Shown here one piece after another: positions 36,827 to 46,137 of a DNA stretch of 64,000 bases. The notes below the pieces were generated by a model. That model was not told the origin of the DNA. It ran no database searches and saw only the letters and a list, made by a program, of their open reading frames with translations. Positions within the stretch are counted from its first letter, which is position 1, and each line of letters opens with the position of its first letter. The translations under genes and the position numbers were made by a program. Source of the DNA: Acidimicrobiaceae bacterium (lineage in GTDB: Bacteria; Actinomycetota; Acidimicrobiia; Acidimicrobiales; Poriferisodalaceae). The stretch covers positions 20,612 to 84,611 of the forward strand of contig PBHE01000002.1 of the NCBI GenBank assembly GCA_002719335.1. Direction: 5' to 3'.

Positions 36827-37126
36827 TCAGTCAGCTGACTTTGTTTTCTTCGGTTCTTGCAGTTGCATGTCTTTCCCGTCGCACTGCAGAGTGATGGCGC
36901 CCGGTTTGGTCACAAGTACTTCGATCCCGGAGTCTTCGTCTTGATATCGTTTTCCGACCTTCAGACCTTCACCACCGTCGCTGTGGGTGACGTCGCCCTC
37001 GCCGCCTTTAGTCACGATTACCTGAACACCACCGTCGAAGTCGAGACGGTCGCCTGCCTTGGTCGCCACGTTGCGTACCCCCATGTTGATTACAGTTTCA
37101 GTGAAAGCTACCGCACTGAGAGCCAC
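36827..37126 (-). CDS. small protein with two degenerate desulforedoxin-like (Dfx N-terminal type) repeats lacking the Cys ligands
   Basis: The GTG at 37126 is preceded by GGGAGGA. The C-terminal half VGKRYQDEDSGIEVLVTKPGAITLQCDGKDMQLQEP resembles the GKRYxCxxCGxEVLxTKxGxGxLxCCGxxM small-protein pattern. The first half repeats VQVIVTKGGEGDV. Confidence 0.45.
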   Translation of the reverse strand: MALSAVAFTETVINMGVRNVATKAGDRLDFDGGVQVIVTKGGEGDVTHSDGGEGLKVGKRYQDEDSGIEVLVTKPGAITLQCDGKDMQLQEPKKTKSAD

Positions 37127-37168
37127 TTTTTCCTCCCGCGAGCTCAACTCAGCAGCGAGAATGTCTCA

Positions 37169-38260
37169 ATGCAGACTGCGCTAGTTGTTGGAGGGACCGG
37201 TCCAACGGGTCCATATGTAGTGAATGGGCTGTTAGATCGCGGCTTTCGAGTCACTATTGCCCACACTGGTCAACATGAAACAAGTCTGATTGGTCCCGAA
37301 GTGGAGCACATCCACACCGACCCGTTTGACATTGAGAGAACTGATACCGACCTAGGTGCCCGAACCTTTGATTTGGCAGTCGTTATGTATGGGCGGCTTC
37401 GAGATTTGGCGAGACTGCTCCAAGGGAGGGTTAGTCACTTCGTGTCTATAGGCGGGGTTGGTGTGTACCGAGGCTTCGCCAATCCGGACGATTTATTCCC
37501 CATCGGAATGCCTGTACCGCTTCCGTATGAATCTGATTTGGTCGGGAACGATGAGTTCTTCGGCAAACTCCGTCGGATTCGTGAAACCGAGGAGGTGGTT
37601 TTCTCAACTCATCCCACGGCTATTCACCTTCGCTATCCGCAGTTGTACGGACCACGACAACTTCTCCCTCGCGAGTGGCCCATCGTTCGCCGAGCTCTTG
37701 ACCGTCGTCCATTTTTGATCGTTCCCGATGGTGGGTTGACAGTAAAAAGCCAAGCTTGGGTTGAGAATGCCGCCCACGCGACGCTTTTGGCTTGCGATCG
37801 TCCTGACGCAGCCATCGGCAACATCTACAACGTCGCCGACCAGCAACTATTCAGCGTCCGTCAAATAGCGGAAATTGTTGCCAATGAGCTAGAACACGAG
37901 TGGGAGATCGTCTCGCTTCCGTACCAGGTGGCGCCCTCTACCCGTCCCATGCTCACCAGTTGGTCTAGCTCCCACCGAATCCTCGATATTGGTCCGACAA
38001 TCCGAGACTTGGGATACAGCGACCTCGTTAAGCCCAACACAGCTTGGAGACTAGCCACACGCTGGCTTGCAGATAACCCTATTGAACGTGGCGGTGAGGT
38101 AGAGCACCGTCTAGACGATCCTTTCGAATACGCCAGCGAAGATCGTCAATACGAAATTTGGCAACGCTGTCAGCAAGAACTTTCAGTAGTTGAATGGTCA
38201 GAAGAGCCCGGCTATTCATCGGCTTACGTCGGTCGGAACCCAAATCCGGCGAGGAGCTGA
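37169..38260 (+). CDS. NAD-dependent epimerase/dehydratase-family protein
   Basis: The Rossmann motif ALVVGGTGPTGPYVV lies at the N-terminus when started at ATG 37169. The long upstream extension in the track is antisense to the small protein and is unlikely to be real. Confidence 0.7.
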   Translation: MQTALVVGGTGPTGPYVVNGLLDRGFRVTIAHTGQHETSLIGPEVEHIHTDPFDIERTDTDLGARTFDLAVVMYGRLRDLARLLQGRVSHFVSIGGVGVYRGFANPDDLFPIGMPVPLPYESDLVGNDEFFGKLRRIRETEEVVFSTHPTAIHLRYPQLYGPRQLLPREWPIVRRALDRRPFLIVPDGGLTVKSQAWVENAAHATLLACDRPDAAIGNIYNVADQQLFSVRQIAEIVANELEHEWEIVSLPYQVAPSTRPMLTSWSSSHRILDIGPTIRDLGYSDLVKPNTAWRLATRWLADNPIERGGEVEHRLDDPFEYASEDRQYEIWQRCQQELSVVEWSEEPGYSSAYVGRNPNPARS

Positions 38261-38368
38261 AAATTTTTCGTTATTGATCACTTCACGGACGTCCTATACA
38301 CGAGATACGAGTTTGCTCTCATACCGCCAACTTTCGTACCTGCATTCGGTCTCAACAGCGTTCTTTAT

Positions 38369-40747
38369 CTAACTAAGAATGTTGCGGTGGCGCAGATGGG
38401 TGATCTCGGACTCGGTGAGACCCAAGAGTGAGGTCAAGACTTCATCGGTATGTTGCCCGAGCATTGGAGCGGGTGTTCGGACTCCATTGGGACCATCGCG
38501 CAACAGCCACGGAATCCCTGTGTGAGCTAATGGGCCCACTTCTTGGTGATTAAGTCGTTCAATAAACCCACGGGCGTTCAGATGAGGGTCTTGTTCTAAG
38601 GAACGCGCATCTAGAGAGGGCATTGCGGGGATTCCAATGTCCTGCAGGGTGTGAGTCACATCCCACTGATCTCTTGATGCAGTCCACATTGCGATCTGGC
38701 CATCGAGATCGTTCTCAAATTCTTTTCTAGAGGCAGCAGCGGTGTATCTCGGATCGTTTATGCCGAGTAACGACGCCATGGCCTGCCACTGTTCGTCACT
38801 ACTGCAGCTAATCGACACCCAGTTATCCTCACCTTCGCAGCGGTAGAGGTTATGGGGGGCCATTATCGGGTCTCGATTTCCACACAAACCAGGCTGGTTT
38901 CCGGTCAGGATGTGCTGCATCCAGCCCTCGACGGCGCTGGAAGCGGTCGCCTCCCAAAGTGATGTATCGATGAGCTGCCCCTCACCTGTCCGACGGCGAG
39001 CGATGAGCGCAGCGACCAGCAAGTGCGCGGTGGCTATGCCGGCAGCTGGGTCGCCGAGTGATACGCCGACTTCTTCTGGTTTTCCGCCCTCGTGCCCGGT
39101 CATAGACGAGAGCCCTGAAAGGGGGGCTGTGGTCGGGCCATAGCCAAGGTAGTGGCGATACGGGCCGTAATTCCCGTATCCGCTTATAGCAGCCACGATG
39201 ACGTCGGGGCGCTCCGCGACGAGATCTTCATACCCAAGCCCGAATTTTTCCATCACGCCAGTCGCGTAGTTCGAGACGACCAGGTCGCACTCGACAGCGA
39301 TTCGCTTCGCTATTGCTTGGCCTTCCGCCGTTGCTAAGTCCAAAGTGACGCTTTTCTTTCCCTGTCCCCATTGGTTGAAGTAGCCGTTGGTATTAGCTGT
39401 CGGCTCGTGGCTGGCCGAGTGGAGCGGTAGTCGGCGGCCTAAGTCGGGGGCCTGCCGCGATTCAACTTTGATGACTTCGGCCCCTAAGTGGGCTAAATGC
39501 ATAGTGCAGAACGGACCAGCCCACACCCAGGTGAAATCTGCGACGGTGACCCCATCTAGGGGGCGTGAAGAAACTTTCCCCGAGTTGGATGGTTTAACTC
39601 TGGGTCCTTCAAAGGCAGCATTTTGGTGGGCGCCTAACTGTGGAGCAGGTTGACGGATCGACCACCAAGGATTGGAGAGCCGAGCGACGGGGCCCGGGAG
39701 AGTGACCTTTCCTAAGCCCGGTTGGTCGACTTCAACGAGGAAACCGCGTTCTTGTAAATGCGGATCTCGCAGCATTTGTTCAATGGTGTTAACAGGTGCA
39801 AACCCAATTCGATTCGCTTGACCTAAATGAAATAAATCCATAACACGTTGAGGGGCTGCCCACTCACCCAACCACATGTGAAGTAGGTCTTCGGCGTCGC
39901 AGCGCCCGGCCTGCGTATCGAAGATTTCCATCTGTGACCACTTGGGAGTTCCCATGACTTCCTTGAGTCGCTCCCATTGGTCATCTTCAACGCAGACAAT
40001 AAAAATTCTCCCGTCGTCAACTTCGAAGATGCGCCACGGATTGAGGATCCTGGTACCTGTTCGGCCGGGAATTTCATTGAGGTAGCTCCAGCTGATGAAG
40101 CCTCCTTCAAGCATGCTCGCAACGTAGGCCATACCTGCAAGATCGAGATGTTCACCGTCGCCGGTGCGTAAAGCGCGATCTAACGCTCCCAGCGCGATAG
40201 CGGCTGCAGCAAATCCAATCTGGAAACCAGCTTGTTGTCCAGCTGGTTTAAGCGGAGGAAGCTCTGCGTCTTCAGAACAACCAGGTGTGAGCCAACCCCA
40301 CCCGCCACCGTGAATAAGTTGCAAATCTTCCGCGCGCCAACGCGAATAGGGCCCAGTGCGACCGAACGGAGTCACCGAAACGGTGACGAGAGACGGGTGT
40401 GCTCGAGCAAGTTCAGCCTCATGCAAGCCTGCCGCATCCGCGAGGTCAGGGGCCAAATCATGGACGAGTAAATCAGCCGACGAAATCAGTTCCCGTAGGC
40501 GGGATTGCCCAGCCGCTTCATTGAGGTCAACGACAACACTGCGTTTGTTCAGGTTCAGGTGAGTGAATAATCCACTTTGAGAGATGTTTGGTGTCCCAGG
40601 AAACGGTCCTCGGCGCCTCGAACGATCTCCTTCCAATGGTTCAATCTTGACAACATCGGCTCCCAAGTCCGCGATTAGCCGTGTAGCCCAAGGAACCGCG
40701 ATCATTTGACCGACTTCGACCACGCGGATGCCCTCAAGACCTTGCAT
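38369..40747 (-). CDS. tandem (two-domain) family III CoA-transferase fusion protein
   Basis: It is about 792 aa from ATG 40747. Domain 1 has GIRVVEVGQMIAVPWATRLIADLGADVVKIEP. Domain 2 has GVTVADFTWVWAGPFCTMHLAHLGAEVIKVES. Confidence 0.8.
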   Translation of the reverse strand: MQGLEGIRVVEVGQMIAVPWATRLIADLGADVVKIEPLEGDRSRRRGPFPGTPNISQSGLFTHLNLNKRSVVVDLNEAAGQSRLRELISSADLLVHDLAPDLADAAGLHEAELARAHPSLVTVSVTPFGRTGPYSRWRAEDLQLIHGGGWGWLTPGCSEDAELPPLKPAGQQAGFQIGFAAAAIALGALDRALRTGDGEHLDLAGMAYVASMLEGGFISWSYLNEIPGRTGTRILNPWRIFEVDDGRIFIVCVEDDQWERLKEVMGTPKWSQMEIFDTQAGRCDAEDLLHMWLGEWAAPQRVMDLFHLGQANRIGFAPVNTIEQMLRDPHLQERGFLVEVDQPGLGKVTLPGPVARLSNPWWSIRQPAPQLGAHQNAAFEGPRVKPSNSGKVSSRPLDGVTVADFTWVWAGPFCTMHLAHLGAEVIKVESRQAPDLGRRLPLHSASHEPTANTNGYFNQWGQGKKSVTLDLATAEGQAIAKRIAVECDLVVSNYATGVMEKFGLGYEDLVAERPDVIVAAISGYGNYGPYRHYLGYGPTTAPLSGLSSMTGHEGGKPEEVGVSLGDPAAGIATAHLLVAALIARRRTGEGQLIDTSLWEATASSAVEGWMQHILTGNQPGLCGNRDPIMAPHNLYRCEGEDNWVSISCSSDEQWQAMASLLGINDPRYTAAASRKEFENDLDGQIAMWTASRDQWDVTHTLQDIGIPAMPSLDARSLEQDPHLNARGFIERLNHQEVGPLAHTGIPWLLRDGPNGVRTPAPMLGQHTDEVLTSLLGLTESEITHLRHRNILS

Positions 40748-40881
40748 ATCCCCTCGATCATTTAGCCGATCTGTTTGACCCAAACGAGTAGCTAAGCATG
40801 CCCCATGACAGCCTTGACTGCACGGGCGCGGCGGCCACACGCTCAATGTGATGCACTGTCTGCAGTAGTTGGAGGGGAACG

Positions 40882-41706
40882 ATGCAAAATCGTAGTTACG
40901 AAGAACGACATAAGGCTGCTCTAGAAGTCTTTGAGGCGTTTATGGGTGGCACTGTGGCGGAACCTGAGCGTGGCGCTCGTTCGTTCCAACGCCAGCATGG
41001 AGCATTGGGAAGCTTCGCTTTTGACGTTGTGATGGGAGATGTTTGGGCCCGTCCACAATTGAGCCGCCGTGACCGCAGCCTCATTGTCATTTCGGTACTT
41101 GCAACTATCGGCAGCACCGAGGAACTGTCGTTACATACGCAAGTGGGACTGAACAACGGCCTCTCACGCAGCGAAATTGAAGAAGCAGTTATCCACGTGG
41201 CGGCGTACGCGGGTTTCCCGATGGCTATGCAAGCCGGGCGAGTGGTCACCGATCGCTTCTGCCAGATTGATGGGGTCGATCGGTTACCGGAACGACAGGG
41301 AGCGGAACAGTTCGATGATTCCGAACGGCAAATCCGTGCACATGACGTCCGTAAGACCCTCACCGGAGGCCGGTGCGCCGACGACGCGGATCTCGACTTC
41401 GCCGCGATGGTGGAACATCTGGGCGATGTCGGCGTTATTGCATACCACTGGGCATTTGGTGATTTGTGGGCGCGCGACGAGTTAAGTCGTCGCGATCGCA
41501 GCCTGGTGGTAATCGCGATCCTGGCGGCATTAAGTCGCGTCGATGAACTGGCCTTTCATGTTCCTGCCGGACTGAACCATGGGCTTAGTCGCACGGAGAT
41601 CGAGGAGATCATGGTGCAAATGACTATTTACGGGGGGATTCCGCGCGCGGTGGAAGGGATTCAAGCCGCAAAAAGGGCGTTTCAAAAGATCGATGCTCGA
41701 AGCTAA
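40882..41706 (+). CDS. carboxymuconolactone decarboxylase (CMD/AhpD-like) family protein with two CMD domains
   Basis: The pattern GDVWARPQLSRRDRSLIVISVLA...GLSRSEIEEAVIHVAAYAGFP is repeated as GDLWARDELSRRDRSLVVIAILA...GLSRTEIEEIMVQMTIYGGIP. The SD GGAGGGG lies upstream. Confidence 0.8.
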   Translation: MQNRSYEERHKAALEVFEAFMGGTVAEPERGARSFQRQHGALGSFAFDVVMGDVWARPQLSRRDRSLIVISVLATIGSTEELSLHTQVGLNNGLSRSEIEEAVIHVAAYAGFPMAMQAGRVVTDRFCQIDGVDRLPERQGAEQFDDSERQIRAHDVRKTLTGGRCADDADLDFAAMVEHLGDVGVIAYHWAFGDLWARDELSRRDRSLVVIAILAALSRVDELAFHVPAGLNHGLSRTEIEEIMVQMTIYGGIPRAVEGIQAAKRAFQKIDARS

Positions 41707-41730
41707 TTAGTAAATAGCACTGAGAGGTCG

Positions 41731-42522
41731 TTACCCGAAGGTTCCAAAGCGGGCTTGTGCATCCGACGTTCGAGATGCTCGCTCCGAGGCATCGCCATCG
41801 AATTCAGACAGGTCGCCCATCCGGCTCATTTGGCTGTACCCACGCATCTGATACTTCGACATTTGAACCGACATCGCCGGCAGTGACAGAAGCCGCTGCA
41901 CCCAACGGTCGACGGCGTTGTCGAGTTCAGCTTCACCGAGCACCACTTCATGAACTAACCCCCACTCGGCGGCTGTTGTTCCGTCGACGCGTTCAGAAGT
42001 CATCAGCATTTGCCGGGCACGGGCTGCGCCAATTTCGTGAATCAGTCTCGGGGTCGCTCCCCAAGGGAGAGGCACACCGAGTTCGACTTCGGGTACGTAA
42101 AAAAGGGTGTCGGATGTTGTAACTCGGAAATCGCATGACGTCGCGAAACAGCAGCCGCCACCAATCGCGTGACCGTGAATACGCCCAATGGTCACAACTT
42201 CGCAATCCTCGATGGCTCGCGCCGCTCGACGGCCTAGCTGGCCGATGTATCGAGCTTGTAGATCGTTCGCGGCTGGAGCCACCTGTTCCTTACGGTCCGC
42301 TCCTGCGCAGAACGATTTACCTCGGCCTCCCAAAACAGCTACTCGGAAGTCCGGCTGACTGTTCAACGCGATGAATAAATCACCAACCTCTTGAACCATT
42401 TTTTGGTTATGGGCATTACGCGACTGGGGTCGGTTCAGCCAGATTCGGAGCACTTCACCGTCGGGTTCGAGTTCGATGGTCTCGAGGTCAAATCGGAATT
42501 GCATCGGGCCAGTCTTACCCAT
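41731..42522 (-). CDS. enoyl-CoA hydratase/isomerase (crotonase) family protein
   Basis: It has FCAGADR and RIHGHAIGGGCCFATSCDFRV. The start is uncertain (ATG 42522 or 42504). The track start at 42612 would overlap the MFS gene. Confidence 0.75.
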   Translation of the reverse strand: MGKTGPMQFRFDLETIELEPDGEVLRIWLNRPQSRNAHNQKMVQEVGDLFIALNSQPDFRVAVLGGRGKSFCAGADRKEQVAPAANDLQARYIGQLGRRAARAIEDCEVVTIGRIHGHAIGGGCCFATSCDFRVTTSDTLFYVPEVELGVPLPWGATPRLIHEIGAARARQMLMTSERVDGTTAAEWGLVHEVVLGEAELDNAVDRWVQRLLSLPAMSVQMSKYQMRGYSQMSRMGDLSEFDGDASERASRTSDAQARFGTFG

Positions 42523-42553
42523 GACGCTGGCAAGGGGCAGAAAAGTCGCGCGT

Positions 42554-44014
42554 TCAGTTCTTCTTATTCGGTCGCGTCGCAAAAATTGGGGCCAGATATC
42601 CAAGGGCCGCAACTGACGCCGCGAAGATGAATGTGACCCTCAGCCGGGTCGGCGTTAATTCGGTCCCTGCGAACGCCAACATCGATTGAATTCCAAGGAT
42701 CATGCCCATCCACATGACGGTCTGGTTCATGCCGTTCGCGATTCCCAGATTTGTGTCTTCAACGGAGTTAGCAACCATCGTCTGATACGCGGGCGAGCCG
42801 AGGCCAGCCGAGACGCCCGACAGGACAAGCCCGATCACGATGAAGGTCAGGCCGAACTTCACAGGGGCGCTTCCGTATGCGAACGCCAACATCGATCCAA
42901 TCATTGCGGTCGAACCTGCGATCATTGGGCCTCGCATACCCACTTTGGTCACCAAGCTTCCGCCCAGCGGGGAAACTAAAGCAAAGACCCCGGGTCTAGG
43001 AACCATCAGGAGTGCTGCCGCGCCGACCGAGTACCCGAAGGGCCCTTGAAGAACACTAGGGATAACGACGAAGGCACCCATATATGCGAATTGGCTGCAA
43101 GCTGCAGCCCCTAGAGGCAGAGCGAAGGTGGGTTTCTTAAACAACCGAACATCTAAGAGCGGCGAAGGCACATGCTTTTCCCAAGCGATGAAGCTGAAAT
43201 AAAGAAACAGGCTCGTTGCAACCATCCCGAGAGTAGGGATGTCGGTAACGAACGAGGCCCCAGATCGAGCGACCTTAGGTACACGTGTGATAGCGAGGAG
43301 CACAAGTAGCGTTGCGCTGGCTAAGAGCAACGCCCCTTGCCAGTCAATGGATACTTTTGGACCCTTCGGAATTGGCTTCACGACGACAAATGCGAGAACC
43401 GTCGCGAGCGCGCCAATCAGCCCAAACCCAACGAAAATTGATCGCCATCCAAAAAGTTCTAGTAACGGGCCGCCTACAACGACTCCAAGAGTGGGAGCAC
43501 CAGTCATAGCGAACTGGAACCATCCGACGGCTTTCGCTCGCTCTTCAACCCCGAAAGCATCCATGAGCAAGGCCATACTGCTCGGCATCAACAGAGCACC
43601 ACTCATGCCGAAGAGCACTCGGACAGCAATGAAAGCTCCGATATTCCATACCCAGTAGTTCGCGAACATGGTCGCGGTCATCCCCACTAAGCCAATAAGG
43701 AAAGTGTTGCGATGTCCGTAGATATCCCCCAGTTTTCCTCCAGCCGGAGTACCTACAGCCATTGCGAGCATTAGACCTGTTAGCACCCAACCGGCGGTAG
43801 CGGTTGTGGTGTTCATGTCGGAAGCGATGCTCGGAAGTGCAGCCGTGACCAAGGTCATCAAAGAACCGAATCCAAGCACCGCCAAAGCGATGACCCAGAG
43901 CAACACCCGTCGATAGGTGACGTCCTGCGAAAACTCTTGAGCGACCGCCTCCCGTGGAACGACTCGCCAGACGTTGGGCTCATGTGCAGACGCGGCGATA
44001 CTCACTCCGCCCAA
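42554..44014 (-). CDS. MFS transporter (14-TM DHA2/EmrB-like by length)
   Basis: It is 486 aa and strongly hydrophobic throughout. The motif GGKLGDIYGHR follows TM2. Confidence 0.8.
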   Translation of the reverse strand: MGGVSIAASAHEPNVWRVVPREAVAQEFSQDVTYRRVLLWVIALAVLGFGSLMTLVTAALPSIASDMNTTTATAGWVLTGLMLAMAVGTPAGGKLGDIYGHRNTFLIGLVGMTATMFANYWVWNIGAFIAVRVLFGMSGALLMPSSMALLMDAFGVEERAKAVGWFQFAMTGAPTLGVVVGGPLLELFGWRSIFVGFGLIGALATVLAFVVVKPIPKGPKVSIDWQGALLLASATLLVLLAITRVPKVARSGASFVTDIPTLGMVATSLFLYFSFIAWEKHVPSPLLDVRLFKKPTFALPLGAAACSQFAYMGAFVVIPSVLQGPFGYSVGAAALLMVPRPGVFALVSPLGGSLVTKVGMRGPMIAGSTAMIGSMLAFAYGSAPVKFGLTFIVIGLVLSGVSAGLGSPAYQTMVANSVEDTNLGIANGMNQTVMWMGMILGIQSMLAFAGTELTPTRLRVTFIFAASVAALGYLAPIFATRPNKKN

Positions 44015-44045
44015 TTATGTAGGGAACCACCCGTTTTTCTACATA

Positions 44046-44088
44046 TTCTTAGATTTTTTATCGTTCTTAGAATTTTGGATTTCTTTAG
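44046..44088. repeat. three direct copies of TTCTT(T)AG at 17-18 nt spacing in an AT-rich intergenic region
   Basis: TTCTTAGA occurs at 44046 and 44064, and TTCTTTAG at 44081. They lie between the MFS start (44014) and the SDR stop (44085). Confidence 0.3.
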
Positions 44089-44909
44089 CGCGTCAGCTTT
44101 TGATCATCGATCATTGCTCGGGTCTGGCTGACGGCTACCTCCCCCATTTCTGGGTGCGTCAAAATCCAAAATTTTTCTTCGACAATGGCGTCAAGCACCA
44201 TCGGTCCGACTTCGGCGGGATTCATGCCGTTTGCCAACGTCCGAGTTAAGAAATCCCAAAATTTTTGTCCTTGTTCCGAAGCCACATGTTGCGCAGCATC
44301 TTGAGGTTCTCGGTTTCTTTCACTGTCAACGATGTTCGTGTTGATAGGCCCTGGACACAGCACAGAGGCATGAACTTTCGAGTCTCGCCATCGAAGGTCT
44401 CGCTCAAGTGATGCCATGAGCGCCACGACGCCATGTTTAGCGACGTTGTAGGCACCTAGCGAAGCACCGGCATAAAGGCCGGCCATGGAAGCTGTCGAGT
44501 TAATATGACCCTCGCCTTGCTCTTCGATAAGCGGTAAAAAGGTTTCGACACCGTAGATCGGGCCCCACAAGTCAATGTCGAGGGTCCACTTCCAATCCGC
44601 AATCGAAGTCCCTCCGACTGGTGCACCAACGCCTACACCTGCGTTATTGCAAAGAACGTGGACCGCACCGAATTGTTTCAGCGTGGCCGCAGCTAGCGCT
44701 TCTATTTCATCTAGCTGGGAAACATCGGTGCGAACCCCAATCGCTTCGCAGCCAGCTTGAACTAGCTGCGCTGTAGCAGCTTCGAGTGCTGCTTCTTCAA
44801 TGTCGGCGAGCACTACTCTCATCCCGGCACCGGCAAAGGTTTCGGCCATCGCGAAACCCATTCCGCTGGCTGCACCGGTGACTACTGCTACTTTTCCGTT
44901 CACGTCCAT
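44085..44909 (-). CDS. SDR-family oxidoreductase
   Basis: VTGAASGMGFA lies just after the ATG at 44909. NNAGV and YNVAKHGV are present. Confidence 0.85.
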   Translation of the reverse strand: MDVNGKVAVVTGAASGMGFAMAETFAGAGMRVVLADIEEAALEAATAQLVQAGCEAIGVRTDVSQLDEIEALAAATLKQFGAVHVLCNNAGVGVGAPVGGTSIADWKWTLDIDLWGPIYGVETFLPLIEEQGEGHINSTASMAGLYAGASLGAYNVAKHGVVALMASLERDLRWRDSKVHASVLCPGPINTNIVDSERNREPQDAAQHVASEQGQKFWDFLTRTLANGMNPAEVGPMVLDAIVEEKFWILTHPEMGEVAVSQTRAMIDDQKLTR

Positions 44910-44952
44910 GATCCGCTGGTCCTCTCTATTCAGTTGCAGATGTTCATAGCAA

Positions 44953-46044
44953 TCAATTGAAGTCGACCACTGTCCGAGTTCCGACGCGCTGACGCATCTG
45001 CTCGTATCCCTCATTGATTTGTTCGAGGTGAATGTGGCTGGAAATCATTTCATCCAACATCAATCGGCCATCAAGGTACATATCGATGTATCGAGGCATG
45101 TCGACACGGAACGAGTTCGATCCCATCATTGAACCCTGGAGTCGCTTTTCCATCATGAAGACCTCGTAGCCCGGGATCTCAATCTTCTCGCCGAAAGGCA
45201 TCATGCCGACAATGACCGTGGTGCCACCCAATTTAGAAGCGGACCATGCTTGTTCACATGTGGCTTTCAGGCCGATGCATTCAAACGCATAATCGACACC
45301 ACCTTTTGTCATCTCGTGAATCGCGGCGACTGCATCGGTCTCAGCACCATTTACTGTGTCGGTCGCTCCAACCGACCGCGCAGTTTCAAGTTTGTCAGCG
45401 GTTACATCCACGGAAATAATTCGACCGGCTCCGGCAATGCGGGCGCCTTGAACCGCAGAAAGACCTATACCACCGGCCCCAAAAACAGCAACCGTCGACC
45501 CGGGTTCAATTTTCGCTGTCTTAAAGACTGCACCGACTCCAGTCGTCACCCCGCATCCAATGAGCGCGGCTCGGTCCAACGGCATGTCCTCACGAATTTT
45601 TACGACAGCATTTTGGTGCACCAGCATTTCTTCGGCGAAACCGCCTAGACGTGCAAATTGAGCAACTGGGGTGCCATCACCTTTTGCCAACCTAGGAGTG
45701 ACGTCATCAGCGCGACTGACGGCCGCGTTGTTTCGACAAAGATTCGGCCGACCGGTCAGACACAGATCGCAGTTTCCACAAAACACCGAGAGACAGGTGA
45801 TGATGTGGTCACCAGGCTCCACGTAAGCAACGTCGTCACCCACGGCTTGAACAACACCCGCGCTTTCATGTCCCATGACTGCAGGCAACTGGGTTTGCCA
45901 CGCCGCATCCATAAAGTGCAGGTCGCTGTGGCACAGGCCTGCATTAACGACTTGCAGCAAGACCTCATTTGGGCCTGGCTTGTCTATCGAAATGTCTTCG
46001 ATCTCTAACTCACCCGGAATTTGATTTAGAACGGCGGCCTTCAT
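44953..46044 (-). CDS. zinc-dependent alcohol dehydrogenase (MDR, class III-like)
   Basis: It has GLCHSDLH, GHESAGVV, the structural-zinc Cys cluster CGNCDLCLTGRPNLC, and VFGAGGIGLSAV. Confidence 0.85.
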   Translation of the reverse strand: MKAAVLNQIPGELEIEDISIDKPGPNEVLLQVVNAGLCHSDLHFMDAAWQTQLPAVMGHESAGVVQAVGDDVAYVEPGDHIITCLSVFCGNCDLCLTGRPNLCRNNAAVSRADDVTPRLAKGDGTPVAQFARLGGFAEEMLVHQNAVVKIREDMPLDRAALIGCGVTTGVGAVFKTAKIEPGSTVAVFGAGGIGLSAVQGARIAGAGRIISVDVTADKLETARSVGATDTVNGAETDAVAAIHEMTKGGVDYAFECIGLKATCEQAWSASKLGGTTVIVGMMPFGEKIEIPGYEVFMMEKRLQGSMMGSNSFRVDMPRYIDMYLDGRLMLDEMISSHIHLEQINEGYEQMRQRVGTRTVVDFN

Positions 46045-46137
46045 ATCCCCTGTCCCCCTCTTGGAAGTGTGAATGGAACAGTAGTCAAGGGCGGCTGCCC
46101 TGTCATTGGCCTTGCGCTAAAGCACCGAAGCGTGGCG

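Noticed and set aside
36857-37168. The 104-aa N-terminal extension of the epimerase-like ORF (track 36857..38260).
   Set aside because: The Rossmann GxxGxxG must be N-terminal, and ATG 37169 places it there. The extension is antisense to a small ORF that has a strong SD and a recognisable sequence pattern.
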